Of a DNA stretch of 64,000 nt, positions 11,873 through 25,519 are shown piece after piece. Source of the stretch: Haliotis rubra (Eukaryota); NCBI RefSeq assembly GCF_003918875.1, contig NW_025765725.1, forward strand, positions 992,001 through 1,056,000, read 5' to 3'. Position 1 is the stretch's first letter. Each line of letters opens with the position of its first letter. The notes beneath the pieces are model-generated. The model ran no database searches. It had not been told where the DNA came from and saw only the letters and a program-made list of their open reading frames with translations. The position numbers were made by a program, and so were the translations under genes.

Positions 11873-14800
11873 ATGGTTGACCCTGAACCTGTCGCAGCAC
11901 CTGTGAACTTTAATCTGCATTTACGTCCTCCACCAGCTCTAAATATGAATCCCACTGATCTGAGTAATGAATTTACGGTCTGGATGGAAACCTTCTCTAT
12001 TTATGAGGTTGCTAGTGGTCTAGAGACGCAAGGGGACAAGGTTCGAAGGGCTACTTTGATGCATTGTCTAGGCACTTCATGTCAAAGAATTTTTCTTACA
12101 TTGCCTGGTCAGAAAGATACTTATAATAGCGCTATTTAAAGCTGTTTTGAGTGCATACTTCAATCCAAAAAGAAACGTTGTGGCAGAACATTATAGATTT
12201 CGTTCTCGAGCACAAGGGTCAGATGAGAGTATTGATAATTTGTTACTGATTTGAGAGAACTTGCCAAGACTTGTAATTTTGGTGCTTTGCATGATGAGAT
12301 GATTAGAGATCAGATTGTTGAGAAATGTGCATCGAAACATTTGAGAGAGAAACTTCTGCTGAAAGATGATTTAACTTTAGATTCTGCTCTTAAGGTTGCG
12401 AGGCTTTATGAGATGGCCATGGAGAATTCTAAGGCTATTGCAGGAATTTCTGTTAATAAAGTTGATTTTAACTTTACTCAGTCTGGTAATCAGCCTTATA
12501 ACCGGTGTTACACATGTGGTTTTTCAGATCACAAGGCTTCTGATTGTGGTGCTATCAACGCTAACTGTCTGTTCTGTAAAAAGAAGGGTCATCTGGCTAG
12601 GGTATGTAAAGCTAGACAGTCAGGTGGTAGTTCAACCTCATGTAGTAGGTCTAGTTCTACATCAAGGTTTCAGTTAGGTAAGTCAGTTACTGATAAGCAA
12701 GGTCATTCAAAGCAGAAGGCTGGTAGAAAGAAGAAAAAGGTTGGTAAGGTTAAATTTCAGCAACAGAATGATAAGCAGAAATTGAATGCAGTGTTGATTG
12801 ATGAGACATGTTCTGAGTCAGATTCTTTTTCAGAAGATGCAGAGTTTGTTTATTATCTTGATTCAGATTTGTTTACTTCTGTGAATGTCAATGGTAGAGA
12901 TTTGGAGATGTTCTTAGATTCAGGTTCATATAGGAACATTATTTCAGAGGTGACTTATGATAGATATTTCAAACATTTTCCACTTTCTTCTACAGCTAAA
13001 CATTTCAAAGCTTATGGTCAGAAGCAGCCAATGGAATGTCTTGGTTATTTTGATGTTCTTTTGAAAGTTGTTGACAATCAAGCTGAAGATAGGATTTATG
13101 TCATGTCTGGTGATGAGGTATCTTTGCTTGGAAGGAAGTCTAGTCTTGAGTTGTCTTTGCTTCAGATCAACATCAATAAGGTCAGTTCTCCAACTAACCT
13201 AGATCATCTGTTTGATGAATTTTCAGATGTTTTTGATGGCTTGGGTCAAATTAAAGATTTTACTCATACTATCATGGTTAATGAGTCAGTCTCACCGGTT
13301 ACACAACCACTCCGTACGTTATCCTATTCTATGGTGGAAGCGGTCAATTCTGAGTTAGACAGGATGATTGATGATGATATCATTGATGAAGTACATCGTG
13401 CTACACCTTGGGTTTCAAATATACATTGTGTTCCGAAACCAAATACTTCTGAGATTAGAGTTTGTTGTGATTTACGTGAGGTCAACAAGGCTGTTGTTCG
13501 TGAGAGGTTTCCTATTCCTACTGTAGATGATACACTCTATGCTATGAAGTCAGCACGTTACTTTGCCAAGCTTGATTGTAAACGGGGATTCTGGCAGATT
13601 TTATTGGCAGAGGATTCTAGAGATTTACACACAGAGGTATATTTAGATTCAAAAGACTTCCTTTTGGTTTGAATTCAGCTTCTGAAGCATATCAAAAGGC
13701 TATGAACTATGTTTTCAATGATATTTCAGGTTTGGAGAAATATATTGATGACTTGATTTGCTATGCAAATTCTCTAGAACTTGAAATTTTGCTCAGAAAA
13801 GTTTTCAAAAGATGTAGAGAGTGCAATTTAAAGCTCCACAAGGACAAGTATAAATTTGGCATGACAGAGATAGAGGTTCTGGGACATGTAGTTTCTTCTG
13901 AAGGTGTTAGACCTAATCCTAAGAAGGTATCAGCTGTTGAACTAGCTAATCCTCCAGGAAATGTTTCAGAGTTACGTTCATTCTTAGGACTGTGCAATTA
14001 CTTGATGAAGTTTATTCCTGGTTTTGAAGATCTTTGTGAGCCATTATGTCTTCTCACTAGAACTGGAGTGAAATGGAAATGGAATGATGTTTGTCAGTCA
14101 GCATTTGTATCACATGTTTTGCTTTCTATGATGTTGAGGCTCCAACTATTGTGGTTAGTGATGCTAGTCCGGTTGATTTGGGTTCAGTTTTACTTAAAGA
14201 GCAAGACGATGGCAGTTTTCAACCTATTGCGTTTGCTAGTCGTTCCTTGACAGAAACTGAGCGTAGGTATTCACAAATAGAACGAGAAGCTTTAGGATGT
14301 ATCTGGTCTGTGGAACATTTCCACAAGTATCTTTGGGGAAGGAAGTTTGTATTACAAACTGATCACCATCCGTTAATTCACATGGTTCACTCAAGAGAAA
14401 ACAGTTCAGTTACCCCTTAGAATTCAAAGATTCGCTTGGAAGTTACAGGGATACGATTTCCAAATTAGACACATAGCTGGCAAATCTAATATTGCAGACT
14501 TTTTCTCAAGACAATCTTTATCATCCAAGAAAAGTGACAATGTGGCTGATTATTATATCAGATTTGTGGTTGACACATGTGTACTAGATATTGATTCAAT
14601 TACAAAGGATGAAATCAGAAACTGTTCATCAAGAGATGGAGAAATTGTGAAAGTATTAAGTGCTATAGAAACAGATGACTGGAGTGATGTGTCAGTGCAG
14701 TATCTGAAGTTCAAGAACGAACTCTCAACGTATGATTCTATTCTTTTGAGAGGAGAGAGAATAGTGATTCCTCGATCACTAAGGTCGAAAGTTTTGAGTA

Positions 14801-16021
14801 TTGCTCATGAGACACATCAAGGCATAATACGCACTAAACAATTCCTTCGGACTAGATTCTAGAAATATGGATTTTGACGTGGAACAACTTGTTAACAAGT
14901 GTACAACCTGTGTTCTGAATCAACCTTTAAGAAATGACACTCCATTACAACCTGTAGATCCAGCTCCGAGACCTTGGTCGAAAGTCGGTATAGACATCGT
15001 TGGACCTATTGACTCAGCCTATGTGTTAACGTTGATAGATTACTTTTCTTCATATCCATTTGATGTTGTGATTAAAGACATTACATCAAGTGCTATCATT
15101 GAAGTTTTGGAAAGAATATTACCTGAACATGGTTTCCCAGAAGGCATAGTTTCAGATAATGGTCGTCAATTTGTGAGTGCACATTTTTTGAAATTTTTGA
15201 GAATGGCAGGGATTGAACATATTCGTTCTTCGCCATATTGTCCAAAGAGCAATGGAAAGATCGATCGTTTCCATAGATTTCTGAAGAAAGCATTCCGTTC
15301 TGCATCAACTGATGGGAATGACTGGAAACGACAGTTACCGAGAATTCTACAAATGTATAGAGCTACTCCATCATCGAGCTACTGGTGAAAATCCAGCAAT
15401 GTTATTGCTTCATAGGAACAATAAAACCGAATATCCAGTACTGTGTTCATCGAAACCTGATCCATTATTATCAAGAAAACTCTGTTATGCAGACAAGATG
15501 AAGACATATGCAGATGTGAAGAACAGTGTAAAACATCATACGTTTAGTGTTGGTGATATAGTGTACATTGCCAATTTTGTGCGGGGTAAGTTAACTCCAA
15601 CGTACAACCTGTAAAACATGTGATCATCAACAAGAAACAACGTGATACATTCCAGATCGTGAACTGTGATACAGGTGTTATCAGTGTAAGAAATGCTAAA
15701 TTTCTTAGACATGCTCCATGTGAGGATCCAGTGAACTTTGATAATGTTGAGATTCCTGAAGATATGATTCCGAGAAATTTGGTATTAGACAGAACTGAGT
15801 CACAAGTACAAGCAACTTCAGTACCTACAGAGAACTCTACTGTTCAACAGGATAACTTGTGTGCTGATTTAGCTGTAGATCCCAGTACTAATGTGACTGA
15901 AACTGAAGAAGAAAATGAACTGAGTGGATCTGCTACACAATCAGCAGATACTGCTTGTTTAAGAAGATCTCGAAGATCACGTCGTGCTCCTGCATATTTG
16001 AAGGACTATGTAAAGAAATGA
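11873..16021 (+). pseudogene. gag-pol of the Gypsy element, broken into about 8 fragments
   Basis: Two CCHC knuckles (CYTCGFSDHKASDC, CLFCKKKGHLARVC), protease LDSGS, RT YIDD, RNase H DAS…YSQIEREAL, integrase AHETH…CTTC and GIDIVGP…SDNGRQF, C-terminal LRRSRRSRRAPAYLKDY. Confidence 0.93.
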
Positions 16022-16229
16022 ACGTTTAAATATTCTATATTAAGTCATTATGATTTATCATTATGGTGACTTGTGTAATTATGAAAGTGGGATATGTTTG
16101 ATGGTATATTCATTTGTTGAATCATATTATTTATTACATGTTTGAGTGTTTGACTGGTGGTAGATCTTAATATTTTCAAATTTAATATTTGAAAATAATT
16201 GATGTTTTCAGTACTAACTGTTGGAGAAC

Positions 16230-16394
16230 TGTAGTATTCTCAATGAGTTGTACAGCCTATATTGTCTCCGTGATTACTTTATGTGTATCACGTGACTTGT
16301 GTACTACGTCAGAATAAAGCGGGTGATTGGAACTACTCGCATGTCGTGTTGTCCCTTGTATGTGTTGACGAAGAGAGCCCATGAAGATACTACA
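16230..16394 (+). repeat. 3' LTR
   Basis: Matches the 5' LTR except for 2 substitutions; followed by TSD atagt. Confidence 0.95.
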
Positions 16395-19300
16395 ATAGTG
16401 ACTGACAACAATGCCTCATTCGATCATAACAAGGATCCGCCATGGTTAAGCTTCATTCTATGATTATAGGAAAAAAAATCATCTGTTAAAAAGTACCGGT
16501 AAAACAGTCCTTGGTAAAAAAAAGTCCTTTTGCAGTAAAAACTGATCTACTTATTTATTTGACAAGATTGACATCAAAGATAAAAGAACACATGAAGAAA
16601 TCACTTGATATGACAGATTAAATTTTAAAATTGATGTTTGATCTTTTAAACGACTTAAAAAAAAAACATAATGTGCTCATATCTTAAACTGACCTTTTAT
16701 CTGTAGTTAAACAGTTGTTCCTCAGTGTGTGTACTGATCATCAAAATCTAACTAAAAAAACTTGTTTTTCTATACATTTCTTTTTAGAAAATGAAAAGGG
16801 GACTTTTTTCCGGAGGACTTTTTTTTACCGGTACTTTTTTTTACCGAACACCCATTCTATCACCTACTAAATAATATTGACAGTGACAGCTAAAATTCTT
16901 TCTATTACCCATGTTTATTTAGGCCATGTGGGGAGGCCACACATTGTGAAAAAGTGCCTCAACATACTTGTAGAAGGAATTGACTTTATCATAAATGCTC
17001 AGTATCTAAAAAAAACAATGTTCTACCAAAGTAACCTGTTCATTTAGTTAATTAGATGTGAGAATTTGTTTTTGTATCGTTGCATTAATCACTATGGCAA
17101 CAGAACAAACTGAGCAATGGGAATGCAGGAGCAGCATTTGGTCCGGACCTTCAATATGGCCGCCTTCCGGCTTGCTTATTTGGTTATCTCAGGTTACATT
17201 TGGATCACAACCAACCTCCATCTCCTTCTAAAATTCTAACTTTTATGTCCCAAATGAGTGCATTAGCAGCAATTGTAGAAGGTCGGTTCGTTTTAACGCA
17301 GTGAGTGAGTGAGTGAGTGAGTTTAGTTTTACACCACACTCAGCAATATTCCAGCTATATGGCGGCGGTCTGTAAATAATCGAATCTGGACCAGACAATC
17401 CAGTGATCAACAGAACAGCCTGCACTTGCTATCGGTGCCGTAATTCGTCAGCCTGGCCGTTTCACCACAGGCGTCCGCCTGGCATTTGAGCGCAACTGTT
17501 CGCGTCAGTTTCCAGCGAATCGATAATGGATCGCTCGCCGTCCGGAGAAGAGTGAAGAACAACAATAGTGCCTCCCACAATCAGTCATGGCAGCCAATAC
17601 GCCAGCGGGGACAAAAACCCGGGTGGTGCCCGCCTGGTTATAGTCCGATTCCTTTCTGCTCTTCCGTATACGCCCTTTCTGCCGCCCAATCCTGGAATGA
17701 GGCGCGTTGCCAGCACCGGTATGGGTGCCAGCCGATGAGAAGTCCCGGCGGCCCGCGATCGTCCGCCCCACCGCCAGCAACTACGCTGGCATGCGCGAAT
17801 AAAGAATCCAGCGCATTCCCTGGCCCAGTTTCGCTGTCCCGCATTGTGGGTTAGTTACGGCATAACCGTCATCCCAGCTTGTCGATCCGCCTCCGCAGTT
17901 CGCAAAGCCGAAAAAGTTCAAATGCATATTATTTTTAACGCTGAAATGAATGGTTATTCTAACATAACAGTATTATTGCATACAATATAACACATCCAAA
18001 TATTTGGGTAGTTATTACAAATTCAAATATATATTATTTTTATAGCTGAAATTAATGGTTATTACACTTGTTGAAGCCCTGGTCAGTACCCAACACTGTC
18101 CAATCCTGCAGCTGCTCTCACTGCTCAAATTTCCTCCTTATTTTCACATCTTCCATTTTCAAAAATGTTTTGCTCACACCGCTTAAATTGATTCTATTAT
18201 TTTGTCATAGCATAGTATCCTTGGCAAATAACTGAGGTGTTTCTTTTCACCAAACTGTCAAATATTGCTTTTTGCTCCATGGTCAGAATGACAAATATAA
18301 AGCAAAATAAACAGACCAAGCAAAGTCCACAGCGCAACAATACAATCAATCAGCATGTGTATGTCATCATCCAATCCCAAGGAATGAACAATTATTATTC
18401 CCTAATTTATATATATATTTTTCACACACACACACACACACACACGCATGCACACACACACATGCATGCATACATACATACATATATATATAATAAAACT
18501 TGGCTTTTAATTAGTCCAATAAAAGAGAAATGTTTGGTAACGTAACTGACTGAAATAACTTGTTCGGAATATCTTAAGCCACATGTGCAATATCATTAAA
18601 TATTATATAAAAAAACCCAAGTGCCTTTAAAACCTTGTTCTGATCAAGTTTCCCGAGCTTACAAGAAGCTCCCACTTGTTGATAATACTAAACTAAGATA
18701 TCTATAACTACTTAAGAGCTGAACCATCATAAAAATCACTTTTCAGTCTTTTCCTGTCTACCGCCTTTACAAAACATAGCACAGTAGTCTTTTCCGTATT
18801 TACAGTCAAACCCCACTTTTACAATAAACACATATCTAAACCGTCTTGCAATCCTTTCAAATTGTTACTAAAAGCACCATGTCAAAACTGAACATGCCGA
18901 AAGTTGTTCCATCTGGCCTGTATAATGTTCTTGCCTGGCGACAGATGCCCTGACATATGATGTTTACCATGAGAGAGTTAACACAAATGAACAACTGAAT
19001 AAAGCTCCCCTTCACTGCACACTGTCTGAACAATCTTGTCACTCAGGAATATAAATAGATCCAAAAACATTTTTTCAATTGCAATGCACAAGGTGACTAG
19101 TTTTACCATGCCTCAGCAATTATTAAGAGCATTTGGACTATGTGTGTACATGACATGAAACACATTAAGAATTTTGTGGTATCTCTTTTGAAGTGAGAAG
19201 CTTTGTCGTAGCACAATTAGCGGTTATCTCAGTAAAATTCTTCTCCTCTAGTTTCCAAATGTTTATTTTGTAAACACGATATATCAGGTAGTTGTATATT

Positions 19301-20239
19301 ATTTACCATGTAGAATTCGACCTAATTGTTACACTGTTCGAAATTAACGTCGACCCTTATGCTCGAATTCGACTGAAAACCACTCGGACCCACAGCTTTG
19401 GTTTTCTGCAGGTCCTTATGGCCGACTGATTTTTCATCCCCAATAACAACATGTAAGAGTATCATTTCCATATTAAAATGTACACATTCTGATCAGGCTT
19501 TTTATGGTACAGGGTCCTTAGGGCCTGCAGCTTTTCAGGGTTAAGGGCAAACACTGATTTGTTATACATATATTCATGAAACAAGTAATATCAAAGGTTT
19601 TGATATTGTACATACAGCAAGTAAAATAGTCACTTTCGATAATCTTTCACTTCTAACGTCTGAAAATTTTATTAATGACACAACTCATTTTTTTTTAAAT
19701 CTTGAGTATAAGCTTTTACTTTACTTTCAAAGTATTGCAATTTTAGACAAATGTTGAATGTCCAGTTATCACCTTATTCATTTAATTATTTTTAAGCACA
19801 TATTTATCTCTTTTATGTTTTAGTAATTTCATATTTTATGATGTTAGTTATTTGTATTTTGTCAAGCCCTTTGATCCAAAGAATTCTATTAAGGTATTAA
19901 AGTATTGTCCATGTCTATGTCCATGTGTCTATATATATGAAGGCTTTGGAATACCTCTCTCCTACAGTGTTTAACAGTGCAAATTAACACATGAGAAGGT
20001 CTGAAGCAAATGCCCCGTGAATACTTGGATCGGAGTAGGTAAACAGCGACCTATGCTTTCGGGTCCCTCATATCGCCTACACCTCATTTCGCCTACACCC
20101 TCATATTCGCCTCCCACCTACATATGAATTATAATGGCCAGTTCTTCTACCCATCCTTCTATCATAATATTGGGTATTACCCAACTGGCTGTTAACATTA
20201 AAACAAACAGATCTTGTACACGTTTTGATTGTATAAACA

Positions 20240-20830
20240 TCACATCAGCATGATAGCTAGAATGAATGAAATTGTCAAGACTGAGGGCGGTGGTGTAGCC
20301 TTCCAGCGGATTAAAGCGTTGAACTCGTCACGCCGAAGACCCGGGTTCGAATCCCCACATGGGTACAATGCGTGAAGCCCATTTCTGGTGTTCCCCGCCG
20401 TGATGTAGCTGGAATTTTGCTAACAGCGACGTAAAACCCAACTCAGTCAGTCAGTCAGTCAGTCAGTCAAGACTGATGATCTCTCCTGTGCAGCAGATCT
20501 ACAATGCTCAATCTTGACGAAAATACATCAGCCACCATACCATCCTTTGCCAGTGTACAAGCCGCCTTGTACAGACATAGAGTCGATTCCGCCAGTTCCT
20601 GATCCCAGAGCCAACGTAAACCTGGGAGATCCGTGGACCAAGACTGAGGATGAAGTGAGACTTTCTCTGTAGAGATGGCAGCGTAGATGACAGACTACTG
20701 CGTGTTTGCAAACCACTGGAGATGTTGGAAATACTCGAGTGAAGCTGACATCATGTTTATGGATGGTACTTTCTTTGTTTTGCCCTGGCTGGTGGTTGCG
20801 CAGGTGTACATTGTTCCTCATTCCTCTGGT
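20240..20830 (+). pseudogene. Mutator/MULE transposase remnant interrupted by a SINE
   Basis: After removing SINE 20285-20467, fragments read MIARMNEIVKTD, TIPSFASVQAALYRHR and ADIMFMDGTF…AQVY. FMDGTF is the first catalytic-Asp motif of MULE transposases. Confidence 0.7.
20285..20467 (+). mobile_element. SINE A
   Basis: Matches family consensus; TSD tcaagactga; (CAGT)n tail. Confidence 0.85.
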
Positions 20831-21603
20831 GGATGGCGGATGAATCCTGTGGCATTATCACCTCAGGGTTAAGGGCAAACACTGATTTGTTATACATATA
20901 TTCATGAAACAAGTAATATCAAAGGTTTTGATATTGTACATACAGCAAGTAAAATAGTCACTTTCGATAATCTTTCACTTCTAACGTCTGAAAATTTTAT
21001 TAATGACACAACTCATTTTTTTTTAAATCTTGAGTATAAGCTTTTACTTTACTTTCAAAGTATTGCAATTTTAGACAAATGTTGAATGTCCAGTTATCAC
21101 CTTATTCATTTAATTATTTTTAAGCACATATTTATCTCTTTTTATATTTTTAGTAATTTCATATTTTATGATGTTATTTATGTGTATTTTTGTCAAGCCC
21201 TTTGATCCAAAGAATTCCTATTAAGGTAACAAAGTATTGTCCATGTCAATGCCCATGTCTATATATATGAAGGCTTTGGAATACTTCTCCTACAGTGTTT
21301 AACAGTGCAAATTAACACATAAGAAGGTGTCTGAAGCAATGCCCCCGTGAATACTTGGATTGGAGTAGGTATTCAGCGACCTATGCTTTTCGGGGTCCTC
21401 ATATCGCCTACACCTCATTTCGCCTACACCTCATATTCGCCTCACCTACAATAATTATAATGGCCAGTTCTACCACCCCTATCATAATATTGGGTATTAC
21501 CCAACTGGCTGTTAACATTAAACAAACAGATCTTGTACATGTTTTGATTGTATAAACATCACATCAGAATGATAGCTAGAATGAAGGAAATTGTCAAGAT
21601 TGA

Positions 21604-21762
21604 GGGGCGTTGGGGTAGCCTAGTGGTTAAAGCGCCGAAGACCCGGGTTCGAATCCCCACATGGGTACAATGTGTGAAGCCCATTTCTGGTGTTCCCCCG
21701 CCGTGATGTAGCTGGAATATTGCTAAAAGCGGAGTAAAACCTAACTCAGTCAGTCAGTCAGT
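21604..21762 (+). mobile_element. SINE A (duplicate of the 20285 copy)
   Basis: Same flanks as the 20285 copy, within the tandem duplication. Confidence 0.85.
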
Positions 21763-21816
21763 TAAGACTGACAACACTCCTCCGAGAGGCTTTTGTACTA
21801 ACTGGCTGTTGTCCAG

Positions 21817-21943
21817 GGCCCCGTTTCACAAAGCTCTCGTAATCCTAAGATCTCGTAACTTTTCTCGTAGCGTTCGTATTTCCTACACTGTAACATTGAC
21901 TTACGATAGTCGTAGCCCTACGAGAGCTTTGTGAAATGGGGCT
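21817..21943. mobile_element. PIF/Harbinger-like MITE
   Basis: TIRs gccccgtttcacaaagctctcgta / tacgagagctttgtgaaatggggc. Confidence 0.7.
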
Positions 21944-22698
21944 TTTGACCTAGACTCTCTTGTCGTATGAGTGACGGGGGATTGGGAGGACAGATTTGCT
22001 GACTTGGTTGGTACATGTGATTGTATCTCAACTGTGTGTAACAATTCTCATTATGCCAACAACGGAATGTCTGTCTAGATTCCATAATATACAGACTGCC
22101 GTCGTATAGCTCGAATATTGTCGAGTTTGGTGTTAAACTCACGCAACAGCAACCAGCTCCATGACTCACAACATCCGTGAAGATCCGGGTTAGAATTGAT
22201 CTTCAGCAACCCATGCTTGTCGTAAAAGACGACTAACAGAATCGGGTGGTCAGACTCGTTGAGCTGGTTGACACATGTCATCGTATCCCAGTTGCCTATT
22301 GTCTGGTCCAGATTGGATTATTTACACGCGGCAGTAATATAGCTTGAACATTGCTGAGTGCGGCGATAACAACAAAGAAAGAAACGACCAAACAAACAAT
22401 CATTTATACAAGTGACTTCAGTTGATCCCAAACAACACCTCAGTAGGAGACATTGGTTTTTTTAATATCGTGTTTATTGCCAACCATAAATACAACGCAT
22501 ACGTACTACATGACAACTAGCAGACACACACGTGTATCTAGGCCCAAGAACGCCTAGAAGGGAACTTCTACTGTTAAGAATACCTATCTTTATCACAGAC
22601 CCTTATACTGAACAGAGACATGTATCCTCGGCAAATAGGGCAAGAATAATTGACATTGTGCTAAATAGTTACAAGTCTTTTTCTATAAAGCAGCTAAT

Positions 22699-22937
22699 CC
22701 GTGAAGGTCCGGCTTAGAATGTACCTTCAGTAACCATGCTTGTCGTACGAGGCGACTAACGGGATCGGGCGGTCAGGCTTGTTGGCTTGGTTGACACATG
22801 TCATCGGTTCCCAATTGCGCAGATCGATGCTCATGCTATTGATCACTGGATTGTCAGGTCCAGACTCGATTATTTACAGGCCGCCGCCATATAGCTTGGA
22901 TATTGCTGAGTACGGCGTAAAACTAAAATCACTCACT
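22699..22937 (+). mobile_element. SINE-like family B
   Basis: Matches family consensus; TSD ctataaagcagct. Confidence 0.9.
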
Positions 22938-23741
22938 ATAAAGCAGCTGTTGAATATAGAACGTCAGTGAAAAAGACTACCCAGGCTTGACTCTTCTCAG
23001 AAACAAATGATGTTTGATGTAACGGGCTAGCTGTAATTGGTTGTGAAAACTATGTTAATGGTTGTTTGAAAATTCACTAGCCAGTCACGCCAGTGACTGT
23101 GGAGATTTACTGGAACGACTGAATTTTTACTAGCCACGGGCTAGCGGGCCAGTGGCTATTTCGCACACTTTGTGCTCGGGGAATCTTTCTTAAAATAATA
23201 TAAAAGAAGATCGTAAAAGTTCTTGTTGATACTAAACTTCGTCACTTACTTCTGTGTTTAATCTGTATTGAGGGGGAAACCATGCTTTAAATATATAATG
23301 CTCATTACTTACATGTGACACGGAAGGAAGTTAATCCTTGACGTCATTGTCAGCTGATCGGAGCCCATATCTGACGTCATGCTGTTGGGTAATGAACATA
23401 TATTATAGTAGAACAATGATGTTTTACAGCAAGGATACACTAGAGATTATTTTCATAAATAGTGCATGATCACTATCATGTTGACATTTTGAGAGCCTTA
23501 CATTTATGGGTTCACGGCCCATTGGCCAGTTGACGGTAATATATAACAAACATTCTTTATCTATATTACGACAAATAACGATGTCATTCAAATTTCATAG
23601 CATTGTTTATTTCTTCTAATTCAACGATTATCCTCATCAATTGACAGGAAGGATATTTCCGAATCGTATATATTTGCCATAAAATGAAACAGTAGACCAC
23701 TTTGATATGAGCCAAGTCTGTTTGATGCTTCCAGATATTGC

Positions 23742-23906
23742 GGGGCGGTGGGATAGCCTGGTGGTTAAAGCGTTCGCTCGACACGCCGACGACTCGGGTT
23801 CGATTCCCCACATGGGCACAATCTATGAAGCCCATTTCTGGTGTCCCCCGCCGTGATTTTGCTGGAATATTGCTAAAAGCGGCGTAAAACCAAACTCACT
23901 CACACA
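23742..23906 (+). mobile_element. SINE A
   Basis: Full-length copy; TSD-like cttccagata / cttcaagata. Confidence 0.9.
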
Positions 23907-23961
23907 CTTCAAGATACCCAAAGGTGATTCGAAATCTGCACCTGAAATCTTGGTGTAAAGG

Positions 23962-24129
23962 AGTGAGTAAGTGAGTATTATTTTACGCCGTTTATAGCAA
24001 TATTCCAGCAATATCACGGCGGGGGACACCAGAAATGGGCTTCACACATTGTACCCATGTGGGGATTCGAACCCGGGTCTTCGGCGTGACGAGCGAACGC
24101 TTTAACCACTGGGCTACTCAACCACCCCC
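23962..24129 (-). mobile_element. SINE A
   Basis: Full-length reverse copy; TSD tggtgtaaagg. Confidence 0.9.
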
Positions 24130-24867
24130 TGGTGTAAAGGGTAGCTCTTAAGCCCCGGTTTAGTCTCTGATGTTGTCAGTACGTTTAAGAAGACAAATTG
24201 AAGGTCATGTGTCAAGGATGAACTATTCAATCCGTTCATACTTTAGGTTCATACAAATCATGCCTTTCACGATTCAACAACACCATCAGGATCTCAAGTC
24301 AGTATTCTCTGTAAACAGTATCTAAACGGTACAACCGATAGCAAAATAGGAGATTCTTTCACGACGGATATCAAGCACACACCACCATTGTGATGTCTTA
24401 TCCAATAAAAAAATTCCAAGCGCTAGCGTCAGGTTACAAAAGTTAAATTTAGCAACATCGACTGTACTGATAACTTATCTCTTTACTGAGAAGTGGTTGC
24501 TTCGTATCCACACTGCTGAACATCAATGCTTTCAACCCACGGCAGTTCGTCATAGACTCATGTCAATGACGTCTTTGAAAAAAGATGTTTATTTGTTGTT
24601 TACCGTCCCACTCAGATCTATTCCAGCTATATGGCGGCGGTCTGTAAGTAATCGAGTCTGGACCAGGCAATCCAGTGATCAACAGCATGAGCATCGATCT
24701 ACGTAATTGGGATACGATAACATTTGTCAACCAAGCAAACGAGCCTGACCACCCGATCCCATTAGTCGCCTCTTGCGACAAGCACAGGTTGCTGAAGATC
24801 AATTCTAACCCAGATCTTCATTTGTGAGCATCATAACGTCATTTTGCGTGTCTCACACGACTCAAGG

Positions 24868-25089
24868 TCAATACCGAGTGTAACCTCCATGTGACTGTAT
24901 GACAGCCAGCACTCTCCTCCTCATACCCCCTGTCAGCCTCCTGATCTTCTGAAGGGCCAGTCTAAGCCATTCCTCGTGTAAAACAGCTTCCAATTGGACC
25001 AGATTCAATACAGGAGGGTCCCTTTGTTGGACACGACGACCAGTCATGTCCCAGATATGCTCCAAAGGGTTATGGTCGGGCTCTTTCAA
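24868..25089 (-). pseudogene. Tc1 transposase C-terminal fragment
   Basis: PDHNPLEHIWD…MRRRVLAVIQSHGGYTRY. Confidence 0.85.
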
Positions 25090-25519
25090 TCGTGAGATAC
25101 CTCACGGGGTGCTTAACTAAGTTCTTTGTGTATAAATATAGGAATGTGTGAACAAACTGCAGAGCTGCGCACACTATAAGTTTCAAAGTATCTGTGGAAA
25201 TACAATTTAAGGAAAACCTGTTATAGCAGTCGACAAACATAATGTATTTTACAGGTTTGGGAAAGCAGAGACCTTGGAGTTTTGGCCTTGTCCTAAATCG
25301 ACGTCGGATAGGTTTTCACAGTGCAAAAACTCGACATTGTTTGATTAGACTTGTAGAGGTAGCTACAGTACCTACTTCATGTTAGATTGCCGAGGGGCTC
25401 TTTCTATATTCGTCATGTCTGCATGTTGGGTATCTGAGAACTATGCTCAGGGGCTAATGTTGTTTCGTATTTACGATCGACAGCCAACACTATACATTCG
25501 ACCGGTGTTATGGTGTCTT

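Larger units (their letters stand above)
11126..16394 (+). mobile_element. Full-length Ty3/Gypsy LTR retrotransposon (Mag-like) with disrupted ORFs
   Basis: 165-bp LTRs at 11126-11290 and 16230-16394 (TGTAGTAT…ATACTACA, 2 mismatches). 5-bp TSD ATAGT at 11121-25 and 16395-99. PBS present; domain order gag-PR-RT-RH-IN. Confidence 0.97.
19535..21771 (+). repeat. Direct duplication of ~0.9 kb (19535-20476 and 20863-21771)
   Basis: Both copies start tcagggttaagggcaaacactg and end after the same SINE A. Confidence 0.9.
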
